Source: a virus (taxonomy: Duplodnaviria; Caudoviricetes). Taken from it: a DNA stretch of 45,733 bases. Positions 8,826 to 17,305 of this stretch are shown here, one piece after another. Each line of letters begins with the position of its first letter. Position 1 is the stretch's first letter. The position numbers and the translations under genes are program-made. The notes beneath the pieces are model-generated. The model was not told where the DNA came from and did not search any database. It saw only the letters and a list, made by a program, of their open reading frames with translations. Location: IMG/VR virus record IMGVR_UViG_3300012349_000008, positions 1 through 45,733 of that record; one strand, written 5' to 3'.

Positions 8826-9470
8826 ATGGCAGAAGAGACTGTAGAAAATGAAAGTGTAGAAGAAAGTAAACCTACCCTAGATGAAGCTAAGTTAAAGGAG
8901 CTTATAGGTCAAGGATTAAAGGAAGGTTTCTCTGAACTTCAAAGGGGTACTCAACAGCAAAGTAATACAAATGTAAGAGAAGAGCCTAAAGATGTTTGGG
9001 ATGAAATTTTAGAGCCTAGAATTAATAAGAAGACCTCTCAGGCTACTCTACGTGCTGATGCAGCAGAGGATAAGGTAGATTTCTACACTTCTGACTACTG
9101 GTTGAAGGAGATAGATGAACTCCTACCTGGAGATTCTAATACAGAGGATGGAATTGTAGAGTTAAATAAAGCTAAGAAAGCAGTACGTGAGAAGCTAGAA
9201 TCTACCTTCACTAACCTTCTAAAACAAGGTAGGGGTATTCCACGTACAGATATAGTTGACTTTGCTTTAGGTCAATATATAAAGGAAAGCAAAGGTACCT
9301 ACACAGAAGGAATAATTAAGAAAAGTTCCTTAAAGAAACAGAAGGAAGTAGAGAAAGCTCGTAGAGGAGTAGATATGTCTAGCGGTAACATTTCTAGTTT
9401 TACTCCTGAGCAACTTCATAAAATGCCACAGGATAAGATTAATGAAGAGTTTGGTTCTTTACTATTTTAG
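8826..9470 (+). CDS. Putative scaffolding protein
   Basis: Acidic N-terminus, helical charged sequence, upstream of the capsid gene. Confidence 0.6.
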   Translation: MAEETVENESVEESKPTLDEAKLKELIGQGLKEGFSELQRGTQQQSNTNVREEPKDVWDEILEPRINKKTSQATLRADAAEDKVDFYTSDYWLKEIDELLPGDSNTEDGIVELNKAKKAVREKLESTFTNLLKQGRGIPRTDIVDFALGQYIKESKGTYTEGIIKKSSLKKQKEVEKARRGVDMSSGNISSFTPEQLHKMPQDKINEEFGSLLF

Positions 9471-9768
9471 TACATTTCTATTTACTTCTTTACTCTCTAT
9501 CCCTGGAGAATCTCTTACTCTGCAATGGAACTATCCTAAAGGTCTACCTATGCAGATAGAGAAGGTAAAGGAGGTAAAGTTTCATATCTACCGTCAAGAT
9601 AACTGTGAAGGTCATTACTTACTAAGAGGGATTGTATACTACCCTGCAGATACTTTTACAGACATATCATCTGAAAAAGGTAAAACATACTGTTACACTA
9701 TAACAATAATACATGAAGGTAAAGAATCTCCTTATGGAGACTACATACGTGTAGAAGGAAAGGAGTAG
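9442..9768 (+). CDS. Signal-peptide Fn3-like protein 1
   Basis: Hydrophobic N-terminus, then LTLQW...FHIYRQDNC...FTD...TYCY...ES. Confidence 0.7.
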   Translation: MKSLVLYYFSTFLFTSLLSIPGESLTLQWNYPKGLPMQIEKVKEVKFHIYRQDNCEGHYLLRGIVYYPADTFTDISSEKGKTYCYTITIIHEGKESPYGDYIRVEGKE

Positions 9769-9771
9769 AAT

Positions 9772-10110
9772 ATGAAGAAACTATACTATTTACTGCTCTT
9801 ATCTTTAATTCCTATAAATGTGTACGCACTTGCAATAACTCTTCAGTGGGATTATACACAAAGTACTGACCCTGCAGTAGGCTTTCGTATGTACAGACAA
9901 GATTCCTGTGTAGGCTCTTTTACTCCTATAGGAGATATAGCCCTTCCTCTACAAGGCTTTACAGATGGTTCAGTTGTAGATGGAGTTATCTATTGCTACC
10001 AAACAACAGCTTTAGACTCTTCAGGACTAGAATCTATACCTAGTAACACTGTACAAGCTCAAGCATCTCTTTCAATTTCACCTATAAATGATCTACAGGT
10101 TGTACCTTAA
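9772..10110 (+). CDS. Signal-peptide Fn3-like protein 2
   Basis: MKK + LLLL + VYA cleavage site, then TLQWDY...FRMYRQDSC...FTD...YCY...ES-PSN. Confidence 0.78.
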   Translation: MKKLYYLLLLSLIPINVYALAITLQWDYTQSTDPAVGFRMYRQDSCVGSFTPIGDIALPLQGFTDGSVVDGVIYCYQTTALDSSGLESIPSNTVQAQASLSISPINDLQVVP

Positions 10111-10161
10111 TAATAGGAGGAGATTTTACTAGCTTAAAGAGTTTAGAAATGTATACTAAAA

Positions 10162-10208
10162 GTGTGGTCTAAGAAGAGTATATATACCACACATATATAC
10201 TCTTTTCT
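10162..10208 (+). promoter_or_regulatory. Hairpin or alternative structure in the capsid-gene leader
   Basis: Stem agaagagtatatat/atatatactcttttct; its loop accacac is complementary to upstream gtgtggt. Confidence 0.55.
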
Positions 10209-10243
10209 AATGTCTACTAAGGTTTTACAAAGGAATTCTAGAG

Positions 10244-11569
10244 ATGGCTGATGTAATTAACAACTTCCAGTCCCTTGCCAATGATGCTCCTAATGTAATG
10301 ATTACTAAGAGGATGTATGAACTATCTGAAAGGAACTTAGCATTAGGTCAGTTTGCTGATGATAGAGAACTAGAAGCTTATATGTCTAAAACAATGCGTA
10401 TTGTAAGGTATAACAGGTTTAACATTCCTAATGCTCAGCTAGTAGAAGGTGTACCCCCTGATTCTGTAGCACTTGGTTTCACTTTTGTAGATGTTACTCT
10501 TGAACAGTGGGGTATTGTAGCCCTTCTGACAGATGTAGGACTTATAACTATTACTCACCCCATTCTACAAATAGCTATTGATAGGTGTTCCTTAGCCATT
10601 GCTGAACTTATGGAAAGAGAAATGGCTAATACTTTACTAAATACAGGTACTACTGTTATTTATGGAAATGCAGGAGTTACTACTAGAGCTTCTATAGTAA
10701 ATAGTGGAAGTCCTAAAACTGACAGGTTAACTACTTCTACACTTGTAAGTGCTACAGCTCAACTACGTGCTTTAGGTGCTCCTGAATTTGAAGGTGGTCT
10801 CTATGGAGTAGTAGTCCAGCCACAACAAGAAGCTGATATGCTTCTCAGTGATACCGTATTTCAGAATAGTTCTAACTTTGCACGTGTACGTAAGTTAGAG
10901 AATGCTGAGATAGGTATATACATGGGTGGACACTTTGTACGAGGTAACTTTCTACCTATATACCGTGGAGAAGCTGCTCCTGATAGCTCCGCTGCTACAA
11001 GTGTAAAGGCTAGAGCTACTGTTACAGATACAGGTGGAGCATTAGCAACAGGAAACTATCAAGTAGTAGTTGTAGCAAGAGATCTTACAAGTGATTATGA
11101 ACGTAGAATCTCTCAGAACAGTGCTAACTTAGCTGTATCTGCATCTATTACCACAGGAAGTATTACAGTAACTACTCCTACTGCTGTTTCGTATTCATAC
11201 GATATCTACCTCACAAGAGTAGGTGCTACTATACCTTTTAAATTAGTAAGTAGAGGACTTCCTAATACTTCTTATATCCTTACTACTCAGCCTGCAGGTA
11301 CAGAGACTATAGCTCCTACTGCTCCTGCTAGTGGATTAGAGATATTCATGGCATGGATGTTAGGTAAGAATGCATTTGCACGTGTAAAGCTCAATGCAAT
11401 GTCTATGCAGTCTTATATAACTCCTCCTGGAGCTTCCTATTCTAATCCTATTGCTCAAGGACGTAAAGTAGGTACTAAAACTATGTTTAAATGTGCTGTA
11501 CAGGACCAGAACTTTATGATTCGTATTGAAACTGTAAGTTCTATAGGAGCATTTCTACCTACTACTTAA
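10244..11569 (+). CDS. Major capsid protein (N4-gp56-like HK97 fold) with Ig-like insertion
   Basis: LVEGVPP, VTLEQWG, EIG-Y-G-HFV and NPIAQ-RKVG-K motifs typical of this capsid family. Confidence 0.9.
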   Translation: MADVINNFQSLANDAPNVMITKRMYELSERNLALGQFADDRELEAYMSKTMRIVRYNRFNIPNAQLVEGVPPDSVALGFTFVDVTLEQWGIVALLTDVGLITITHPILQIAIDRCSLAIAELMEREMANTLLNTGTTVIYGNAGVTTRASIVNSGSPKTDRLTTSTLVSATAQLRALGAPEFEGGLYGVVVQPQQEADMLLSDTVFQNSSNFARVRKLENAEIGIYMGGHFVRGNFLPIYRGEAAPDSSAATSVKARATVTDTGGALATGNYQVVVVARDLTSDYERRISQNSANLAVSASITTGSITVTTPTAVSYSYDIYLTRVGATIPFKLVSRGLPNTSYILTTQPAGTETIAPTAPASGLEIFMAWMLGKNAFARVKLNAMSMQSYITPPGASYSNPIAQGRKVGTKTMFKCAVQDQNFMIRIETVSSIGAFLPTT

Positions 11570-11577
11570 GGAGAGAT

Positions 11578-11799
11578 ATGAAGTGTAGAGCGTTTCTAGC
11601 TAGTATAACTAAAAAAGCATTCTCTGATAAATTAGAGCTTTTATTTACAGGTTTTCCTGGTGGAGAGGAATGTAATATGTCTTTTCCCTCAGGTCAGTTC
11701 TCTGTAAATGTAAGTAGTCCAGACCTATTTAATACTCTTATACCTGGGAGTATGTATGAAATAGAGCTTCGTATTGTGGTGGATAGTAAAAATGCCTAG
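11578..11799 (+). CDS. Hypothetical protein
   Basis: 73 aa; AAGGAG RBS. Confidence 0.65.
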   Translation: MKCRAFLASITKKAFSDKLELLFTGFPGGEECNMSFPSGQFSVNVSSPDLFNTLIPGSMYEIELRIVVDSKNA

Positions 11800-12421
11800 T
11801 AAGAAACCTACTAAACCTAAAAAGATCTTTGAGGAAGATCTATCTGTATTTGAAGGGATACAGAAAAGAGATGCTAAGGTAGTAGAAGTATCTCCTCAAC
11901 AAGCTTTAGAAACTCTATTAAAGCTTGGATTTAAAGTTTCTCCTCCTAGTACTGAGCAAGATATACAAGCTCATGAAGATACTATAAATCTTTTAGGAAT
12001 AGTAGAACCTTCTAAGTCAGTAAAGAGTAGAAAGAGGAAGACTAAAGTAGAAGTACCTGAGAAGTTAAAAGGTACTCTATACTTTGGTCATAATCTTTCT
12101 AGTGGAACATATGGTCCAGGAGATATAGAGTTAGATATATCAGAGAAAGATTTATTTAACTCTTTATTAAAACAAGACCAGATGTGTATGCAACAATTTA
12201 GAGAACCTTTCCTTCCTAGAGCTAATAGGTGTTATATAATTAAAGAAGGAGCAGTAATTGCTAAGAGTAAATATAGAAAGGTAGAGGTATCAGAAGCAGC
12301 TTTTAACTCTTCTAATGTATTTGAAGACTCATGTATTGGAGGAGTAGGAAATGCTGATTTAAGCAGAGAAAATATACCCATTCCACAATATATACCCTTT
12401 GGTAGAAATACGGGGTTTTAA
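11792..12421 (+). CDS. Hypothetical protein
   Basis: Likely start MPSKKP, in frame with the track ORF. Confidence 0.65.
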   Translation: MPSKKPTKPKKIFEEDLSVFEGIQKRDAKVVEVSPQQALETLLKLGFKVSPPSTEQDIQAHEDTINLLGIVEPSKSVKSRKRKTKVEVPEKLKGTLYFGHNLSSGTYGPGDIELDISEKDLFNSLLKQDQMCMQQFREPFLPRANRCYIIKEGAVIAKSKYRKVEVSEAAFNSSNVFEDSCIGGVGNADLSRENIPIPQYIPFGRNTGF

Positions 12422-12445
12422 CTTTTATATATAAAGGAAGTACAA

Positions 12446-13045
12446 GTGAAGTATAAAGCTTTAGTAAGTAGATATCTCACAATGGCTGATGAAAATATAC
12501 AAATTATAGTTAATGATACAGATGACTTTACTTCCCTTAAAGATAGAGTATACAGTGCTTTAAAAGTATGCGATCAAAGAGCAAATACTCAGATGTATAG
12601 GTTATTTGAAGATACAGACCTTACTGATTCTTTAAGCCCTGAAGAGTTTATAGTAGCAGAACATGCTGCTAGTCTTATATACCCCTATTTAGATACTAGA
12701 CCTATAAACTTAGGAGAAGGTACTGCTATAGAGTTTTCTAAGAATATGGCTTCAGGTGAAGTAGTAAAGTTATTCTTACATGAAGTAGATTCTTATGAAG
12801 ATATAGAAAAAGCAATAGAGAATATTTATAAGTTAATAGATGAGAGACTTGTAGAGACTAATAATAGAGAACTTGAGTGTATAGAGTATTTTAAAACTTT
12901 ACCTATGGAACTTAAGGTAAAAGTAAGCATGATTCTTGATATTCTCTATGGAAGAAATATAATAGATAATGTAGTAAGTAGAATTCAAGAAGAAAATAGT
13001 AATGAGCTGCCAAATGGTGTACGTATTAAAAGGAATGAAGAATGA
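12446..13045 (+). CDS. Hypothetical protein with internal duplication
   Basis: Two similar halves (D-x-DD...CDQR vs E-x-DS...IDER). Confidence 0.65.
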   Translation: MKYKALVSRYLTMADENIQIIVNDTDDFTSLKDRVYSALKVCDQRANTQMYRLFEDTDLTDSLSPEEFIVAEHAASLIYPYLDTRPINLGEGTAIEFSKNMASGEVVKLFLHEVDSYEDIEKAIENIYKLIDERLVETNNRELECIEYFKTLPMELKVKVSMILDILYGRNIIDNVVSRIQEENSNELPNGVRIKRNEE

Positions 13046-13491
13046 TATATGAAGTAGATCTTTCTAAGAGTATATGGAGGTATTTATATCATGATATCTA
13101 TGAGCGTATATATAGAATAGCTATGGAGAATGATGGTAATGAAGCTGAGATTACAAACAGAATGTTACGTCTTGTAGCGAGAGATAGAACTTTATACTGT
13201 CTTGTAGAACTTAAAGAGTCTTCTATAGTCTCTCATGCTCTTGTAAATATCCTAGGAACAGTAGCTTATATAGAACAAGTAGAGGCTGAAAGAAAGAGAG
13301 ACAATACCTTTGCACAAGATCTAGAAACTTACATATGTACGAGTATAAAAAAAGACCATCCAGATATTATAAAAATGGTACTTAATACTAAAAGGGAAGA
13401 ATATAGAGGTCTAGAGCGTAAGTATGGATTCTCCATCGTACATATACTTATGCAGAAAGATATTAAATCTATACAAGAGAGTGTAGAATAA
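13042..13491 (+). CDS. GNAT-fold-like virion assembly protein
   Basis: 149 aa ending in ERKYGF; lies just before the ejection proteins, as in podoviruses. Confidence 0.5.
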   Translation: MIYEVDLSKSIWRYLYHDIYERIYRIAMENDGNEAEITNRMLRLVARDRTLYCLVELKESSIVSHALVNILGTVAYIEQVEAERKRDNTFAQDLETYICTSIKKDHPDIIKMVLNTKREEYRGLERKYGFSIVHILMQKDIKSIQESVE

Positions 13492-14579
13492 TGGGTGGTT
13501 CAGGTGGTCTATTTGGTGGTGGAATAGCTGGTGGTATTACTAGTGGAAATGTTGGTGATATACTAGGTCAAGAAGGATTTGGACTTACAGGTACTAAGAA
13601 TAATCAAACTACACAAGTTCAACTAGATCCTACTACTCAAGCTCTTAATACGTTAAGATACGGTAATTTATTAAACATGGGTGGAGCTGTAGGAGGATTT
13701 GAGAATCTTATACCTCAATACATGCAGAGTAGTCAATTCTCAGGAGATACTACTTCTTTAATAAATAATGCAATAAATTTAAGTGCTGTACCTGGTATGC
13801 AGCCTGGAGATTGGTTTAATCAAGCTTTAGGCTCTATAGATCCTACTGGTCAAATAGATAGATTAAATAGTCTTACAAATGCTAACTCTCAGAATTTAAG
13901 TAATACCTTACAAAGTGAACTTGGTCAAGGTGGAGGAATGTTAAATGCTACACTAGGACAGAACTTAGGAGCTTTACAGAATTTACAACCACAATTACTA
14001 GGTGCTGGTAATGATTACTTCCATCAAATACTTGGTCCACAGATACAGAATCAGAATTCATTAATGGGTCTAGGAAGAAGTGGAGCTAATGAAGAAGCTC
14101 AGGCTAAAGGTGCAGCTAGTATATCATTACCTATTGCACAGTTAATGGCTCAACTTACTCAACAAGCTTATGGTCAGTATGGTAGTGGATTACAAAGTTT
14201 ATATAACAATGCATATTCAGGATACAATCAAGGTGCACAGAGTTTAATGGGTCAAAATCAACAAGCTCAGGCTGGATTAGGATCTCAGTATCTTTCTAAT
14301 ATATACGGAATAAATCAAGCATATCCTGGGGTGTCTACTGAGTTACAAAATGCAGCGTTAAGTAGAGGATTACAAGGAGTTAACGCTTCTGATTTACAGA
14401 GACAAGCCACATCAGGAACTTTACAGAATTTACTACAAGGATTTATAAGTGGAATGAATGCTACTCCTTATACTCCAGGTCCTACACAGAAAACATCTGG
14501 TACTGGAAATACTGGTATAGTGACAAGTTATCTAGGTGGTAGTAGTGGTGGTGGTACTGCTGCAGCATTAGCAGGGTAG
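13491..14579 (+). CDS. Internal virion / DNA ejection protein
   Basis: MGG start; G/Q/N/L-rich; GLGRSG motif. Confidence 0.7.
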   Translation: MGGSGGLFGGGIAGGITSGNVGDILGQEGFGLTGTKNNQTTQVQLDPTTQALNTLRYGNLLNMGGAVGGFENLIPQYMQSSQFSGDTTSLINNAINLSAVPGMQPGDWFNQALGSIDPTGQIDRLNSLTNANSQNLSNTLQSELGQGGGMLNATLGQNLGALQNLQPQLLGAGNDYFHQILGPQIQNQNSLMGLGRSGANEEAQAKGAASISLPIAQLMAQLTQQAYGQYGSGLQSLYNNAYSGYNQGAQSLMGQNQQAQAGLGSQYLSNIYGINQAYPGVSTELQNAALSRGLQGVNASDLQRQATSGTLQNLLQGFISGMNATPYTPGPTQKTSGTGNTGIVTSYLGGSSGGGTAAALAG

Positions 14580-14588
14580 AGAGAATAT

Positions 14589-16688
14589 ATGCCTGGACTA
14601 CAAAGTATAGACTCTGAGCTTGCTCCTCTTGTAGAAGGTAATGAGGCACTTACTGATAACTCTAGTATGCAGCCTATTTCTAGTTATCAAGGTGGAGGTG
14701 CTCCATATCCAACTGGAACTTCATCTAATATTCCTATCTCTTATCCAGGTATGCCTGAACCTTCTTCTGTAACTCCTAGTAGTGAAAGTAGTAAAGGTGT
14801 TCAATCTCAGATACAAGATATTCATAAACCTAGTATGGGGATGATGCTTTTATTAGGACTTCTAGATAAAAGTGGTAATGCAGTAAATCAATACAGACAA
14901 AGAGTCATGCAAGAACAGATAGAACCTATTATTGGTAATATTAATATAGCATATAGGCAGGCTTTAAATGCAGGAGACTTTACAGGAGCACAGAAGTTAG
15001 TAAACCAATTAGGGCCATTAACAAGATATAGTCCTAATGCAGCTAAGACTTATGAAGGTTTTACTAATGAAATAGCGAAGAGACAAGATAACGTTCAACA
15101 GAATAAGATTTTAATAAGTGGATTATTAACAAGTGGAAGAGTAAAGCAAGGTACTGCTGGTTATAGGTACTTCTCTGATCCTAATACTTTACTACAGGAT
15201 AAAGATACAGTTCTTAAGGCTGTAGATATGTATGCTAATAACTCACAAGTAATAAACGGAGTACTTACAACTATTAACAAACAGACTGGAGAACCTGAGC
15301 AACAATATCCTCTTCCTGAAGCTACTAAGGCTGAGACTTTACCTAAGCCTACTCAAGATGCTATTATTGCAAAATTAGGTCCAGAATATGTACAAGAGTA
15401 TGCTAGATTACAAACATTAGTAACTACAGGAAAAGCTACTAATGGAGAGAGTCTAGCTTTTAATGCTATGAATAAGGCTATAAGTGGACAGGCTGGGTAT
15501 AATGTAGGACTTAGTCAATTCCCAGTATCAGAGAGAACTAAGATGAATCTACCTCCTGGTTTAGAAGGTCAGATGTTATCTCCTGATGCTCAACCTCAAG
15601 GACCTCAAGGTAGTACTCAGCCTCAAGGTAATATACAGAGTAAAGCACCACAAGGTAGAGTACAGAAAGGTGTACCACAACAAGGAAGTACACAGAATAT
15701 AGCTCAACAAAGAGTTATATTTGAAGCTAATGAGATGTTAAGGAATGGTGAGATATCTCAAGAGCAGCATGATAATATTCTTAGAAATAGAGGTGTAACA
15801 GTTAATCAACCTCAAGGTAGTATACCTCAAAGTCCATATCAACAAGCTAGACAAGCAGAAGCTCAGGCTAATATTCAAGAGACATATGGTAAAGAAACAG
15901 CTATAAATAAAGCACAGTATGAGAGTAGACCTCAAGAACAGTTAGTGGGATATAAGTTAGATGAGGATGGAAATTTACAGAGAAGTCCATCAGGAATGAG
16001 TAATGCTGAGTTAAATAGAGGTGGATGGCATGCAGAAACATTTCCAGATGAACAGAGAAAGAGATTGGAGATATATCCTCAATTTAAGGGCATGTATGAT
16101 CATGTAAAGGAAGAGGTTCTTACTAATCCTGTATTTAAGAATCCAGAGAAATATAGTGCCTGGTGGGATATAGCTAAGACGTACTTTCAACAAGGACTAC
16201 CTATTCCTTTTACATCTATAACAGCAGGTGGTGGAGCGGTAGGAAGTGAAGATAGGCAGAGACTAAGTTCAGCTCTAGCAGTAATGGGACAGATGACTGA
16301 ATTAATAGCTAATCCTAGTGGTAAAGATAATGCTAGTATTGCAGCTTTAAAGAACTATATTACAAGTCCTAATGCTAAGCCTAGTGGGATATTAAGTGCA
16401 TTAGATAGTGTGTATGAGACTGAATTAGCAGGGATAAGGGGGATACTAGGGACTACTAAGGGGAGTGTATCTCCAGGTAGACCTAGTTCTACGGATATAA
16501 AGAGAGAAAGAGAATCTAGAACTCCTGGTTCTTCAATGGAAAGAAGGGATGTAACAGGAGGAGAAAGTGTAGAACCTCTGGGTGAGGGGAGTATAAGGAA
16601 GAAAAAAGGAAATGCATTAGATATAGATAAGTTAGAAGGAGTGAAGGGTAGGTTGGATAGGAGTAAGTTTAAGGCTGTAGGTCCATGA
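14589..16688 (+). CDS. Internal virion / DNA ejection protein
   Basis: 699 aa, Q/P-rich, with QPQG repeats; positional call. Confidence 0.6.
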   Translation: MPGLQSIDSELAPLVEGNEALTDNSSMQPISSYQGGGAPYPTGTSSNIPISYPGMPEPSSVTPSSESSKGVQSQIQDIHKPSMGMMLLLGLLDKSGNAVNQYRQRVMQEQIEPIIGNINIAYRQALNAGDFTGAQKLVNQLGPLTRYSPNAAKTYEGFTNEIAKRQDNVQQNKILISGLLTSGRVKQGTAGYRYFSDPNTLLQDKDTVLKAVDMYANNSQVINGVLTTINKQTGEPEQQYPLPEATKAETLPKPTQDAIIAKLGPEYVQEYARLQTLVTTGKATNGESLAFNAMNKAISGQAGYNVGLSQFPVSERTKMNLPPGLEGQMLSPDAQPQGPQGSTQPQGNIQSKAPQGRVQKGVPQQGSTQNIAQQRVIFEANEMLRNGEISQEQHDNILRNRGVTVNQPQGSIPQSPYQQARQAEAQANIQETYGKETAINKAQYESRPQEQLVGYKLDEDGNLQRSPSGMSNAELNRGGWHAETFPDEQRKRLEIYPQFKGMYDHVKEEVLTNPVFKNPEKYSAWWDIAKTYFQQGLPIPFTSITAGGGAVGSEDRQRLSSALAVMGQMTELIANPSGKDNASIAALKNYITSPNAKPSGILSALDSVYETELAGIRGILGTTKGSVSPGRPSSTDIKRERESRTPGSSMERRDVTGGESVEPLGEGSIRKKKGNALDIDKLEGVKGRLDRSKFKAVGP

Positions 16689-16751
16689 GACCATTACCTG
16701 CACATCTGTACATCAAATGGTCGAGACTACTATACATTTGTGTAGTAAGTG

Positions 16752-16846
16752 TTTGTCCTACAGTGTCAAGTAAAAAATGTAGGACTTATCCTACAAGAGG
16801 TGTAGGACAAATACTGACTAGACAGATTTTCCACATCGAGTATAAT
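16752..16846 (+). promoter_or_regulatory. Four TGTAGGA/TCCTACA half-sites plus a sigma70 promoter
   Basis: Half-sites near 16756, 16778, 16789 and 16801; TAGACA-16 bp-TATAAT at 16819-16846. Confidence 0.7.
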
Positions 16847-17006
16847 GGTTTACCGGAGAGGATAGGATATGCGATATAAACCACAACGGGGTATGGGAGT
16901 GGTTTATATATAGGACAGGTAGGGATTTTAGAACTAGGTCTACCTTTTATTTCTATATTTTACATTCTTATATTTATTAAGGTTAGAAAGTGTAGAGGGC
17001 AAGAAA

Positions 17007-17126
17007 ATGAATAGGCTAGGAAATTTTATAGTAGATACTATTGAAGGGTTGATATATCTATTCTCATTTCTAGTAGGTGTAGGAATTCTTACAGCTTTTA
17101 TATTACAGTGGCTAGGAAAGATGTAA
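17007..17126 (+). CDS. 39-aa single-TM peptide (not in ORF track)
   Basis: MNRLGNFIVDTIEGLIYLFSFLVGVGILTAFILQWLGKM; coupled to the next ATG. Confidence 0.55.
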   Translation: MNRLGNFIVDTIEGLIYLFSFLVGVGILTAFILQWLGKM

Positions 17127-17305
17127 TGCAATACAGAGAAATAAATAAAGATCGCTACCATAGGGACTGTAAGGAGTTCTGTTATTGGAACTTTTCTATA
17201 GAAGACTGTATAGAGATAAGGAAGAAGGCTTTCTACTATGATCCTTTGTTGTTATTAAGTAGTAAAGTGTTAGAGAAGTATATGGAAGAAAAAGATGCCT
17301 ACTAA
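17126..17305 (+). CDS. Small hypothetical protein
   Basis: TAATG-coupled start MQYREINK; Cys-containing. Confidence 0.5.
   Translation: MQYREINKDRYHRDCKEFCYWNFSIEDCIEIRKKAFYYDPLLLLSSKVLEKYMEEKDAY

Noticed and set aside
16685-16879. 64-aa ORF after the 699-aa ejection gene
   Set aside because: It runs through the operator repeats and promoter and is probably spurious.
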